The translations under genes and the position numbers were made by a program. From a virus (Duplodnaviria > Caudoviricetes), in IMG/VR virus record IMGVR_UViG_3300038749_000009, positions 1-35,173 of that record: DNA of 35,173 nucleotides. One strand, given 5' to 3'. The notes beneath the pieces were generated by a model. That model was not told where the DNA came from and ran no database searches. It saw only the letters and a program-made list of their open reading frames with translations. Below, one piece after another: positions 9,459-17,458 of the stretch. The stretch's first letter is position 1. Each line of letters opens with the position of its first letter.

Positions 9459-9925
9459 GACGTCTCGAAATCATTGTGTGGCGTCTGGAGGGCAACGCTA
9501 GCGTAGACTTCAAGCAGGCATTGTGCAGTCGGATCAACCTCCTCCACGAACCGGAATTCCATGGCCCTTATGCGTGCCAGAGCTTGTGAGAAAGCCAACG
9601 CAAATTCTGCATTTTCGCTTAAACCGAGGCGGCTCCCTTCTCCGGGTCGATAAGTTGCTTTTCCAATCCCGAGTTCCTGCTTTGCCAATTTGAACGCAAA
9701 CGGAGCGTTATTGTGCTTGCTACTAGGACGCGAGTGCTGGGAATATCGGCTTCGCAAATTCCGCGTGCGCCCAATATATAGATGTTCGCCGTTTTCTGAG
9801 AACAGGTAGATGCCCGACCGAGGCATAATCTTTGGAAGCCTGCCATTAACAACAGGTTCCATCGACATCAGCTTTTCGAATTTTGGATGCAAACCCTCAA
9901 CAAAGATTCTGAACTGTTCGTTCAC
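9455..9925 (-). CDS. GIY-YIG endonuclease
   Basis: SGIYLF-x7-YIGRTRNLRSRYSQH, C-terminal LE...PHN; GTG start 9925 after GGGGGAA. Confidence 0.85.
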   Translation of the reverse strand: MNEQFRIFVEGLHPKFEKLMSMEPVVNGRLPKIMPRSGIYLFSENGEHLYIGRTRNLRSRYSQHSRPSSKHNNAPFAFKLAKQELGIGKATYRPGEGSRLGLSENAEFALAFSQALARIRAMEFRFVEEVDPTAQCLLEVYASVALQTPHNDFETS

Positions 9926-10055
9926 TCTATTCCCCCCGACATTAAACGCTTGACGAAAAAATATAAACAGCCGTCGAACCACCGAAAATGGATAGCGACA
10001 TTTAACATCTCAAACAATATAAACAGGCATAGTGGGTTATCATATCGGGGCAGTT

Positions 10056-10613
10056 ATGACATCGGTACGTAAGATAAATTGGCGGTCTGGGTATTTTAGA
10101 ATCTGGGTTGTCGTGTCAGTCGTGTGGTTAGTTTTTTACGCTGCATTCGTCTTTAAGAATCCGATGCTCGTGTCTGATAATGATATCGGAGTCTATTCAT
10201 ATATCTTCAATTCAAAAGTTGAAGCAGATAATAATATATTCCAGACTGTGACCTTTGATGACCTTATTGGAATTAATAAGATTAAAGGCATGGTTAAAGA
10301 AAAAGATATGTTATGTAGACAACCTGTTTCTAAAACACCCAACAGTTACGGTGTTTGCTATACAAATGATATTGTTTCTATTCCAAGTGACCCGATAAGA
10401 TGGCTATCATTTGAAATGAGTGATGAACAAAAGAGTATATTATCCAATTATGATAAGGTGGTTGATAATGATTATAGCAATCGAAGATCCACGGTGATCC
10501 TTAAGCAAATAGCAATAGAGATATCTAGAGCAGTATCTATACCCGTTGTTCTGTTTGTATCGTTCTTTACTTTTGTTTGGATAGGACGAGGTTTTTATTC
10601 AAATGAGAATTAA
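10056..10613 (+). CDS. Two-TM membrane protein with periplasmic loop
   Basis: Hydrophobic segments GYFRIWVVVSVVWLVFYAAFVF and IPVVLFVSFFTFVWIGRGF; very AT-rich. Confidence 0.7.
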   Translation: MTSVRKINWRSGYFRIWVVVSVVWLVFYAAFVFKNPMLVSDNDIGVYSYIFNSKVEADNNIFQTVTFDDLIGINKIKGMVKEKDMLCRQPVSKTPNSYGVCYTNDIVSIPSDPIRWLSFEMSDEQKSILSNYDKVVDNDYSNRRSTVILKQIAIEISRAVSIPVVLFVSFFTFVWIGRGFYSNEN

Positions 10614-10712
10614 CAATCAGCATCCTTAACATACATCAACTGATCTGACGAAGAAATAGAAAATAGCCGTTATTATAGATACAAATGATTTTAAAAATCT
10701 TCTACTTCGAAG

Positions 10713-10724
10713 TAGAATCTTGCA
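10713..10724 (+). promoter_or_regulatory. Late-promoter motif TAGAATCTTGCA, copy 2
   Basis: 47 nt before the protease ATG, at the end of the accessory insert. Confidence 0.7.
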
Positions 10725-10771
10725 AAACCCTCCCGCATCATCAGACCAGATAACAAATTCTGGATTGATGA

Positions 10772-11902
10772 ATGCCGAAAAAGTTCGAACAAAAACAAGG
10801 ACAACTGCGCACACGAGCCTTTGCTCGCGTGCCAGCATCCGTTGATGTCGAGCATAAATCTTTCGGCATCGTCATTTCGACAGAGACGCCTGTCCGCACA
10901 TCCATCAGAAATCCGGATCAGCCGAAGATCGACGCCGATGATGCATATATAGAAGTCGACGAAGTGCTGCTGGCATCCGGTCTGGATTTCTCGCGCACGG
11001 TCGGGATGCCCCTCGTAGACTGTCACGACACTTTTTCTGGTGTGAACACTATACTGGGCAAAGTCGATGACGTCCGATCAGTCGGCACCGAAGTGCATGG
11101 CACTGCCGTTCTAAACAGCAGAAATGCCGATCTCATCGCCGATATTGTTGACGGCCATTATAATCAGATTAGTGCCGGATACGGCGTAAACAGCTACGAA
11201 ATTGAACACCGCGACGGTGATGTCCCAGTCGCTTATGCGACGAGCTGGACGCTTTATGAGGCATCGCTCGTAGCAGTCGGAGCTGACCCGAATGCAAGTG
11301 TCAGGTCAGCAGGTCGCTCGATTCCGACACCAACATTTTCCTTCCGCAACAAGCCGATTTCCAAGGCGAAGCCGAAGGCCAATTCCACCAGAACCAAACG
11401 AAAATTGGAGAAAAGAAAAATGGATGAGACTGAACTTGTAGAACTCGTGGACGCTGCAGAAGCCGCCGCCGAAATTGTTGACGAAGCAGTAGCAGCTGTT
11501 GAAGCCGCTATCGAAGAACTCGGTGACGACGCTCCTGACGAGATCGTAGAACGCGCTCGCAAGCTTAGAAAAGCACGCGCTGAGGATGACGAAGAGCCTT
11601 CGGAAGAAGAACGCAAGCGCGGCAAGCGTGATGACACTGCTGAAGACGAGAAAAAGGAAGAGGAGGAAATCCGCTCTATCCGCTCGATTGCGAAGAGCTA
11701 CGGATTGACGAAGGCAGTTGACGACCTGGTTGCTCTCGGCACTCGCTCAAAAGATCTGAAAGCCAGCATCCGCTCAGCGATTATGTCGAAGGCAGTTGGC
11801 ACCTCGGGTGCACGCTCTGACATCGAGCCACGTCCTGCACGCAAGGAAGTAAAACTTACAAGCGCTCGCGATATCTACGCAAAGCTGAACAAGCGTTCGT
11901 AA
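10772..11902 (+). CDS. Prohead maturation protease (HK97/herpes-like fold) fused to an acidic scaffold domain
   Basis: PLVDCH, ISAGY and EASLVAVGADPNA motifs; C-terminal acidic helical region. Confidence 0.85.
   Translation: MPKKFEQKQGQLRTRAFARVPASVDVEHKSFGIVISTETPVRTSIRNPDQPKIDADDAYIEVDEVLLASGLDFSRTVGMPLVDCHDTFSGVNTILGKVDDVRSVGTEVHGTAVLNSRNADLIADIVDGHYNQISAGYGVNSYEIEHRDGDVPVAYATSWTLYEASLVAVGADPNASVRSAGRSIPTPTFSFRNKPISKAKPKANSTRTKRKLEKRKMDETELVELVDAAEAAAEIVDEAVAAVEAAIEELGDDAPDEIVERARKLRKARAEDDEEPSEEERKRGKRDDTAEDEKKEEEEIRSIRSIAKSYGLTKAVDDLVALGTRSKDLKASIRSAIMSKAVGTSGARSDIEPRPARKEVKLTSARDIYAKLNKRS
11420..11902 (+). CDS. Nested in-frame scaffolding protein (lambda Nu3-like arrangement)
   Basis: Internal ATG (MDETELVELV) with a GGAG RBS and A-rich spacer, exactly at the start of the acidic helical domain. 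Confidence 0.6.
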   Translation: MDETELVELVDAAEAAAEIVDEAVAAVEAAIEELGDDAPDEIVERARKLRKARAEDDEEPSEEERKRGKRDDTAEDEKKEEEEIRSIRSIAKSYGLTKAVDDLVALGTRSKDLKASIRSAIMSKAVGTSGARSDIEPRPARKEVKLTSARDIYAKLNKRS

Positions 11903-11939
11903 GACATTATAACGAAACAATATTTTTGGAGATTTCTAA

Positions 11940-12329
11940 ATGACCAGATTTTTTAAACAGCGCCCTGATCTAGCATTCTTGCTGATGCCAGCCAGCGGCG
12001 ACCGTTCTTTTGAAGAGATCATAATTTCGGCTTCTACGACTCCGTATGAATCGGGAACCATCCTTACACTCGGCGACGACGGCATCTACGTGGCTCTTAC
12101 TGCTGCGGATCTCGTGCCTGCGGAAGAAGATGCTGAAGTCGCTCTTTCGATTGCAATTCTAGCAAACCGAACCGTGTTTCATGCTGATGACGAGCTGACC
12201 GAAGCACCTGCTCTTGCAGTCGTTCGTGACGCGACCATCAAGGGTTTTGAATTGGAAATCCCTGCAGGTGTGAGCATCTCTGACATCGCTCCTCATCTTG
12301 AAAAGCAGGGCCTCATTCTTCGTTCGTAA
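11940..12329 (+). CDS. Head decoration protein, gpD-like
   Basis: 129 aa immediately before the capsid gene; SGDRSFEEI...YESGTIL...VVRDA...LEKQGLILR pattern. Confidence 0.8.
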   Translation: MTRFFKQRPDLAFLLMPASGDRSFEEIIISASTTPYESGTILTLGDDGIYVALTAADLVPAEEDAEVALSIAILANRTVFHADDELTEAPALAVVRDATIKGFELEIPAGVSISDIAPHLEKQGLILRS

Positions 12330-12364
12330 AAAGAACATAACGTAAACATTTTTGGAGAAACATA

Positions 12365-13366
12365 ATGGAACTCAATAATATTTTAAATTCTGGAAACGAG
12401 CTTTTCGATAAAGCCGCATTGACTGATTTTGTTGTCACACAGCCTTACGTGCCGGATCTCGCGAGTAAGTGGCTTCATTGGAATAGCGAAGGAGTCCACC
12501 TGCCGACCGTCGCTATCGATTTTACCGATGGCACTTTAGAAATGATTCCTGAAGCTGTTCGCGGGGCACCTGGCGATGCCCCTGAACGCGATACCGACAG
12601 CTCGGTACTTGTTAAAATTCCTCACTACCCACAGCAGAATACGCTATTCGCGACCCAATTCGAAGGTATTCGCGCAGCGGGTAGTGAGCTTTTGGTTTCT
12701 GTAGAAACAGAGAGAAACAGGCTTCTTTCGAAATTTAACAAGCGTAACCGTGGCATGTGGGAAGTGTCGCGTATCGGTGCAATCACTGGCCGTTTGCTGA
12801 ATTCTAAGGGCGAAGTAAGTCGCAATTGGTATAAAGAATTCGGCGTATCGCAGACGAAGGCACAGATCGACTTCGCATCTGCAAACACGAAGCTTCGCAC
12901 TGAACTTGTGAAGGCCAAAGATAAGGGTGAAGACAACCTCGGAGAGTTTACCGCTGATCGTTGGATTCTCATCGCTGGCAAGGAAGCTTTCCCGCTGATC
13001 ACTGATCACCCGAACTTCGAAAAAATGTTCGAACGTTACAATGACGGCGCATACCTCCGCGATGATCTCAGCGACGGTTTTCAGATCGCGTCGAACATCA
13101 CGGCAGTTAAGTACACTCGCAACAAGCTCGGTAGCCAGACAATTTTTGGCGACCACGATATGTATCTCGTGCCAGTCGTTGACGGCATGTTCCAGACGCG
13201 CTTCGGCCCAGGCACGGGCATGAGAGATCTCGGCGTCATCGGTCTTCCTGAATACGTCTCACCGTATGACCTGCCGCACGATGAAGGCGTCGAGTTGAAA
13301 GCCCAGACGAACGTCATCAGCTGGGTTCAGCGTCTTCAGGCTATCGTCAAGATCGAAGCCAAGTAA
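12365..13366 (+). CDS. Major capsid protein, lambda gpE family
   Basis: 333 aa; RGAPG, IPHY, GIRAAGS, WYKEFGV and QTN motifs; position after decoration gene. Confidence 0.92.
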   Translation: MELNNILNSGNELFDKAALTDFVVTQPYVPDLASKWLHWNSEGVHLPTVAIDFTDGTLEMIPEAVRGAPGDAPERDTDSSVLVKIPHYPQQNTLFATQFEGIRAAGSELLVSVETERNRLLSKFNKRNRGMWEVSRIGAITGRLLNSKGEVSRNWYKEFGVSQTKAQIDFASANTKLRTELVKAKDKGEDNLGEFTADRWILIAGKEAFPLITDHPNFEKMFERYNDGAYLRDDLSDGFQIASNITAVKYTRNKLGSQTIFGDHDMYLVPVVDGMFQTRFGPGTGMRDLGVIGLPEYVSPYDLPHDEGVELKAQTNVISWVQRLQAIVKIEAK

Positions 13367-13372
13367 CCATTC

Positions 13373-13454
13373 CCCGCGCTTTTCTCCTCTTGTAGCGCGG
13401 GATCACAGGCCGGGGATGGGATGGCTCCTTTTTCATCCTCGGCTTCTTCATTTT
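13373..13454 (+). terminator. Double hairpin / intrinsic terminator after the capsid gene
   Basis: CCCGCGCT...AGCGCGGG, then GCCGGGGATG...CATCCTCGGC followed by TTCTTCATTTT. Confidence 0.6.
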
Positions 13455-13484
13455 AAAGAGCGATATTTTTTAGGAGATTTTTCG

Positions 13485-13814
13485 ATGACGATACCGATTG
13501 TAAAGACCGCTATAGCCCCGAATGGTGGCATGCCAGCTCATCCAGCGCCTTCTGCTGTAAGCATGAATGTCAGCCAAATTGCTGTAAGTGAAGGTTCGCC
13601 TTTTTCTTACACGATCCTGGCAGACACGTCTCTTGTGCAGATTTATGCGACATCCGAAGTCCTTTTTTACACTGATAAAGAAGGCGAACCATTCACTCCG
13701 TATTTCGGCATGCCCCTGACCGCAGGCGGCTATTTCAGCTTCTCGGTCGACGCTGGTTGCACTCTTCATTTCTCAGCCGAGAAATCTGCCCTCGTTTACG
13801 TACTGGAGGGCTAA
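13485..13814 (+). CDS. Small beta-rich virion protein (possible head spike base)
   Basis: ATG 13485 with AGGAG RBS; alternating hydrophobic beta pattern; abuts the next gene. Confidence 0.55.
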   Translation: MTIPIVKTAIAPNGGMPAHPAPSAVSMNVSQIAVSEGSPFSYTILADTSLVQIYATSEVLFYTDKEGEPFTPYFGMPLTAGGYFSFSVDAGCTLHFSAEKSALVYVLEG

Positions 13815-15068
13815 GTGATGATGAATCCAATCCTCCCACAAAGCACCTCAGGCGGCGTAGATCCGGCTCTTGAAGGCCGTGTAACAGATCTAGAAAATAA
13901 TTATTCTTTCATTGAAAATCGCGTTTCTGATGTCGAAACGCAGGCGGGTCAGGTCTCATCTGACGTGTCAACTCTGCAGACAACTGTCGAGTTGCACGAC
14001 GAAGAAATCACAGTGCAACGCGATATCCGTTATGCTCTCGTTGAAGAAAATCGTTCAGATTATACGGCTGCATGGCTATTCGGTAATCCAAACAACTGGA
14101 TGTCTCATACCTCAAAATTAGCTGACTACGGAGTTACCGAACGCGATTATATTTTTCAGATAAACGGCAACGATCACGCGATTCAATTCATCGCGACTGA
14201 CACGATGAACGACGTCTTGATGAAATTTCAGGACATCGGATGGATGAATGGCGTGTCATACATTGTCGAACTTTTCGGCGGTCAAATCAGGTTCGAAGTC
14301 GGGGGCGGCGATAGCATTGTCTTTCCAACGCCTGGTTTCCCCGATTATCAGCACCTCTGGTATATCCTAGGTCTTGCCGGACAGAGTGCAATTTCGACAG
14401 CTGTAGAAGTCCCATTTTCGCTTCGAGATACCGATGTTTGGACGTCTCAGGGCACAGTCGATAAGCAGATTCAGCGGCTTTCTCTGGAAGCCAGAGCAGC
14501 GGCTTCAGCGGCCTCTCGGTCTGCGAATTTGCCGTTGTTGGATCAACCTATGATCATCAACACTGGATATATTTTCCCCGACAACACTGGGAATCTTCTG
14601 TCAGAAAACACTGATCTTTCAAATTATTTGTCCGAAACAGACACGTTGGAGATCACCGTTGATGGCACGCCGTATTCGATATCCGCAGGATCATATTTAG
14701 ACGTACCGAATATAGTTGCGAACTTGAATATGAGCGGTCTGCCTGACTGCTATTTTGTGTATTTCGGTGGCGGCATCAGGCTTGAAGTTCGATCATTGAA
14801 TTATGAAGATCACGAAATCAGCATCACTGGCGGCAAGATAGCACAGGTTTTAGGACTGTCTGGTAAATCGCTCTCGTACAAAGCTGTCGAAAATCTGTCG
14901 TCGGGATTAAATGCGTCAGCCGTCGCGCGGTATAGTCCGTATGTCGGCGGCTTCGAAAGCGTCGAAGCTCTCATTGCACTTCAGCGCCAGGAAATTGGCT
15001 CGCTAAACCTGCTCACGAGCAAATTGGCATATGAGATCGAACAACTGAAAGCAGCGGCAAATGTCTAA
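13815..15068 (+). CDS. Putative head fibre: coiled coils plus two flagellin/FliD-insertion-like repeats
   Basis: N-terminal heptads (RVTDLENNYSFIENRVSDVE); repeats FQINGNDHAI..DTMNDV..GGQIRFE..ILGLAGQS and ITVDGTPYSI..DVPNIVANLN..GGGIRLE..VLGLSGKS; C-terminal heptads. Confidence 0.55.
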   Translation: MMMNPILPQSTSGGVDPALEGRVTDLENNYSFIENRVSDVETQAGQVSSDVSTLQTTVELHDEEITVQRDIRYALVEENRSDYTAAWLFGNPNNWMSHTSKLADYGVTERDYIFQINGNDHAIQFIATDTMNDVLMKFQDIGWMNGVSYIVELFGGQIRFEVGGGDSIVFPTPGFPDYQHLWYILGLAGQSAISTAVEVPFSLRDTDVWTSQGTVDKQIQRLSLEARAAASAASRSANLPLLDQPMIINTGYIFPDNTGNLLSENTDLSNYLSETDTLEITVDGTPYSISAGSYLDVPNIVANLNMSGLPDCYFVYFGGGIRLEVRSLNYEDHEISITGGKIAQVLGLSGKSLSYKAVENLSSGLNASAVARYSPYVGGFESVEALIALQRQEIGSLNLLTSKLAYEIEQLKAAANV

Positions 15069-15426
15069 ACACCCAGCTTTCAGAACACTTGCAAAAACAG
15101 CCAGCCGCATATTTCGCGAACGCGGGAGCCATTTTTGGCATCAGCACGATGCCGATATCTCGCAGCCGATACAGCTTATTTTTAATGATGCCTATGCTCC
15201 GGTCGATGCGGCCGGAGTGCAAGTAGAAGAAGCTCAGCCGACCGCTTTCGTACTCATAGAAGATGCAAAAAAGTTGGCTCCTGATCGTGCATCTGGCCCT
15301 CTTGATTTAATGTTTTCGAACCGAGATTTAATAACGATTTCAGGTGTCAACTACGGTGTAGAATCTTGCAAAAGTGACGGTTACGCTCAGTTAGAGATCA
15401 AGCTTTTCAGAAAGAACGACGGCTGA
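15061..15426 (+). CDS. Head closure / head-tail joining protein (gpFII-like)
   Basis: 121 aa; 'DLITISGVNYGV...DG...IKL' beta pattern; position. Confidence 0.7.
   Translation: MSKHPAFRTLAKTASRIFRERGSHFWHQHDADISQPIQLIFNDAYAPVDAAGVQVEEAQPTAFVLIEDAKKLAPDRASGPLDLMFSNRDLITISGVNYGVESCKSDGYAQLEIKLFRKNDG
15359..15370 (+). promoter_or_regulatory. Late-promoter motif TAGAATCTTGCA, copy 3 (inside a CDS)
   Basis: 55 nt before the ATG at 15426, the start of the tail genes. Confidence 0.6.
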
Positions 15427-15887
15427 TGACGCATGTGAAGACGCAGATAAGAAACGGGGTTATCGAAGTGCTGAAGGCACTTCCTGCCTTCGCGTCTGCT
15501 CATTCTGCTAGCCGCATGCTCCGTCAGTTTCAGCGCACCGATTTTCCTTTAGCAATCGTGTCAGTGGCGGAAAATGTCGCTGTTTCTGGCTCTAACGGGA
15601 CACCCGGACACCGTCAGCTTCAGCGCGATATGCAGATTTCAGTAACTGTCGGCATACACGAAGAAACTCCCGACGCCGAAGACACGCTTGATGAGCTGTC
15701 TGTGCTTGTTGAAAAGACGCTTGCAAAGCCTTCAGCTCTCGGCGTCGGGAGACTCCTTTTCTGGAGATACAACGGCAGTGCGGAGCCTACAGGTCAGCCG
15801 ACTGAAGACGGTCTTATGCTCGTCCAAACACTCAATTTCTCATGCTCTGTCCGAACGACAGATACCGATCCAACAACCATTATTTAA
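15426..15887 (+). CDS. Tail terminator/completion protein (gpU-like)
   Basis: MTHVKTQIRNGVIEVL, FPLAIV and LDELSVLVE motifs; precedes the tail tube. Confidence 0.7.
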   Translation: MTHVKTQIRNGVIEVLKALPAFASAHSASRMLRQFQRTDFPLAIVSVAENVAVSGSNGTPGHRQLQRDMQISVTVGIHEETPDAEDTLDELSVLVEKTLAKPSALGVGRLLFWRYNGSAEPTGQPTEDGLMLVQTLNFSCSVRTTDTDPTTII

Positions 15888-15903
15888 TTTTTTGGAGAAC
15901 GAA

Positions 15904-16680
15904 ATGGCAACATTAGCATTACAGCCGATTTTAGATAAGCAGCGCGTCAGTGGCGGTCAGCTCATATTTCGCAAAAAGGGTACTGACAAATATGTGAACC
16001 TGGGCGCATTAGCGTCTATGGAATTCACGCCTAATCTGACCGAAATCGAGTCATACACGCAGGAATTCGGTGATCGTCGTCTCATCAAGAAGTACGTGAC
16101 CACGAAAGACGGTCAGATAAGTTTTACATGCGAAAGCTGGACTGAACTCGGCTATGAGATACTTTTTATGGCTAATCGTAGGCTGCTGACTCAGACAGCT
16201 GTGACGGCTGGAACTCTCACGATAGAAGATGTCGCCGTTGGTGATGCTGTCAAGATTCCTGGTTTCAAGCCAGTTGTAAGCGGAGTTTCAGACGGAGCCG
16301 ATAACGATCTCGTTGAAGATGTGCATTACACCGTACACAGAGCCGGATATGTGCAAATTATCGCTCTCCCTGCGGGTTTCACAGGCGATGCGATAATCGA
16401 GTACACGCTGCCAGCTATCACAGAATCTGAGGGTCTTCTCGACCTAGACCTGATGTCGACTGCGGGTGTGCGAGGCGAACTCGTGTTTATCGGTGTCACC
16501 TCGGAATCCGGCGACGGCGAAGAGTTTGAGCAGACGTACAACGACGTCGAACTTCGTCCGAGCGGTGCGGTGCCAGCGTTTGGAACCGAGCAGCTGAACC
16601 AGTTCACGGTTCAGGGTTCCGTCTACGCGACGTCGAACAAGAATTCGTACGGTACCATCCGCTCAATTCCAAAAGCCTAA
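15904..16680 (+). CDS. Major tail tube protein
   Basis: ATG 15904 after a TTTTTGGAGA RBS; GGQLIF...NLG...VELRPSG...FTVQGSV; followed by a terminator and chaperones. Confidence 0.8.
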   Translation: MATLALQPILDKQRVSGGQLIFRKKGTDKYVNLGALASMEFTPNLTEIESYTQEFGDRRLIKKYVTTKDGQISFTCESWTELGYEILFMANRRLLTQTAVTAGTLTIEDVAVGDAVKIPGFKPVVSGVSDGADNDLVEDVHYTVHRAGYVQIIALPAGFTGDAIIEYTLPAITESEGLLDLDLMSTAGVRGELVFIGVTSESGDGEEFEQTYNDVELRPSGAVPAFGTEQLNQFTVQGSVYATSNKNSYGTIRSIPKA

Positions 16681-16690
16681 AACATTGAAA

Positions 16691-16717
16691 AGACGGCAGT
16701 CAATTAGACTGCCGTCT
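16691..16717 (+). terminator. Hairpin after the tail tube gene
   Basis: Perfect 11-bp stem AGACGGCAGTC-aatta-GACTGCCGTCT followed by AT-rich sequence. Confidence 0.75.
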
Positions 16718-16757
16718 AATATTAATAATTCATTAAATATTACAAGGAGTTATACTA

Positions 16758-17246
16758 ATGAATGCTATAGTAAAACAAGAAGTTAAGTCAATTGATGATT
16801 TGTTGACAGCAGTAGACCATTCTTATCAAGAAGTAACAATATTGGGCGTTACTACAAAACTACGTCCGGTTACTATTTTGGAATGCTTAAGGCTCGTAAA
16901 ACGCTTTCCTAAACTCATCGATCTCTTTGAGCCGAAACTGGACAAGGACGGCAATCTTCTGCCTGAGGAAATGCAGCCATCGTTGATATCAGTTTTCATG
17001 GATTCTGGTATAGCCGCCGCCGCCGCTTTTATTGCATGTGCATCAAACCGCGAAGGCAATGCCGATTTTGAAAATCTCATTACTCAGAAGCCTGACGATC
17101 TGACCCTCGCACTCTTTTCTGAATCCGTAAAAGTGACCTTGGGCGACGGCGACCTAAACGATTTTTTTACGAAGATCACATCGGCGTTGAACGGAATATT
17201 TCCGAAAAAGCCAGTCTCCCACGACCCCGACGCAAGGGCGGTCTGA
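16758..17246 (+). CDS. Tail assembly chaperone (gpG-like)
   Basis: Between tail tube and tape measure; AAGGAG RBS; contains a slippery T TTT TTT at 17162-17168. Confidence 0.8.
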   Translation: MNAIVKQEVKSIDDLLTAVDHSYQEVTILGVTTKLRPVTILECLRLVKRFPKLIDLFEPKLDKDGNLLPEEMQPSLISVFMDSGIAAAAAFIACASNREGNADFENLITQKPDDLTLALFSESVKVTLGDGDLNDFFTKITSALNGIFPKKPVSHDPDARAV

Positions 17247-17458
17247 ACTTAAGCGGGCCGTTCGTGAACCTGGTGAAAAGCGCGATTTCTTACGAAAATC
17301 AGACTGGAAAATCGGGCTTAAATCTTTCACCGCGCCAGTTGATAATGAGATTGAAAATCCTCCGACGCGATGAGAAACGCAAGCAAATTCAAATGGCTGA
17401 AGCTTTTCTCGTGGCAAATTCTGGAGATAAAAAAGTTTGGGATGAATTCGTAAAGTGA
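17162..17458 (+). CDS. gpT-like extension reached by -1 frameshift (gpGT fusion 16758-17458)
   Basis: The -1 frame is open from the slippery site (TAC GAA GAT CAC...) through the 64-aa ORF 17264-17458; LSPRQL motif. Confidence 0.7.
   Translation, partial: FFYEDHIGVERNISEKASLPRPRRKGGLNLSGPFVNLVKSAISYENQTGKSGLNLSPRQLIMRLKILRRDEKRKQIQMAEAFLVANSGDKKVWDEFVK

Noticed and set aside
9455-9925. Homing endonuclease in an intron
   Set aside because: Free-standing, antisense and coupled to an operon; the flanking portal and protease ORFs are intact; no DNA-binding tail domain.
15688-15903. N-terminal extension of the tail tube ORF
   Set aside because: It overlaps the upstream gene, and the RBS supports ATG 15904.
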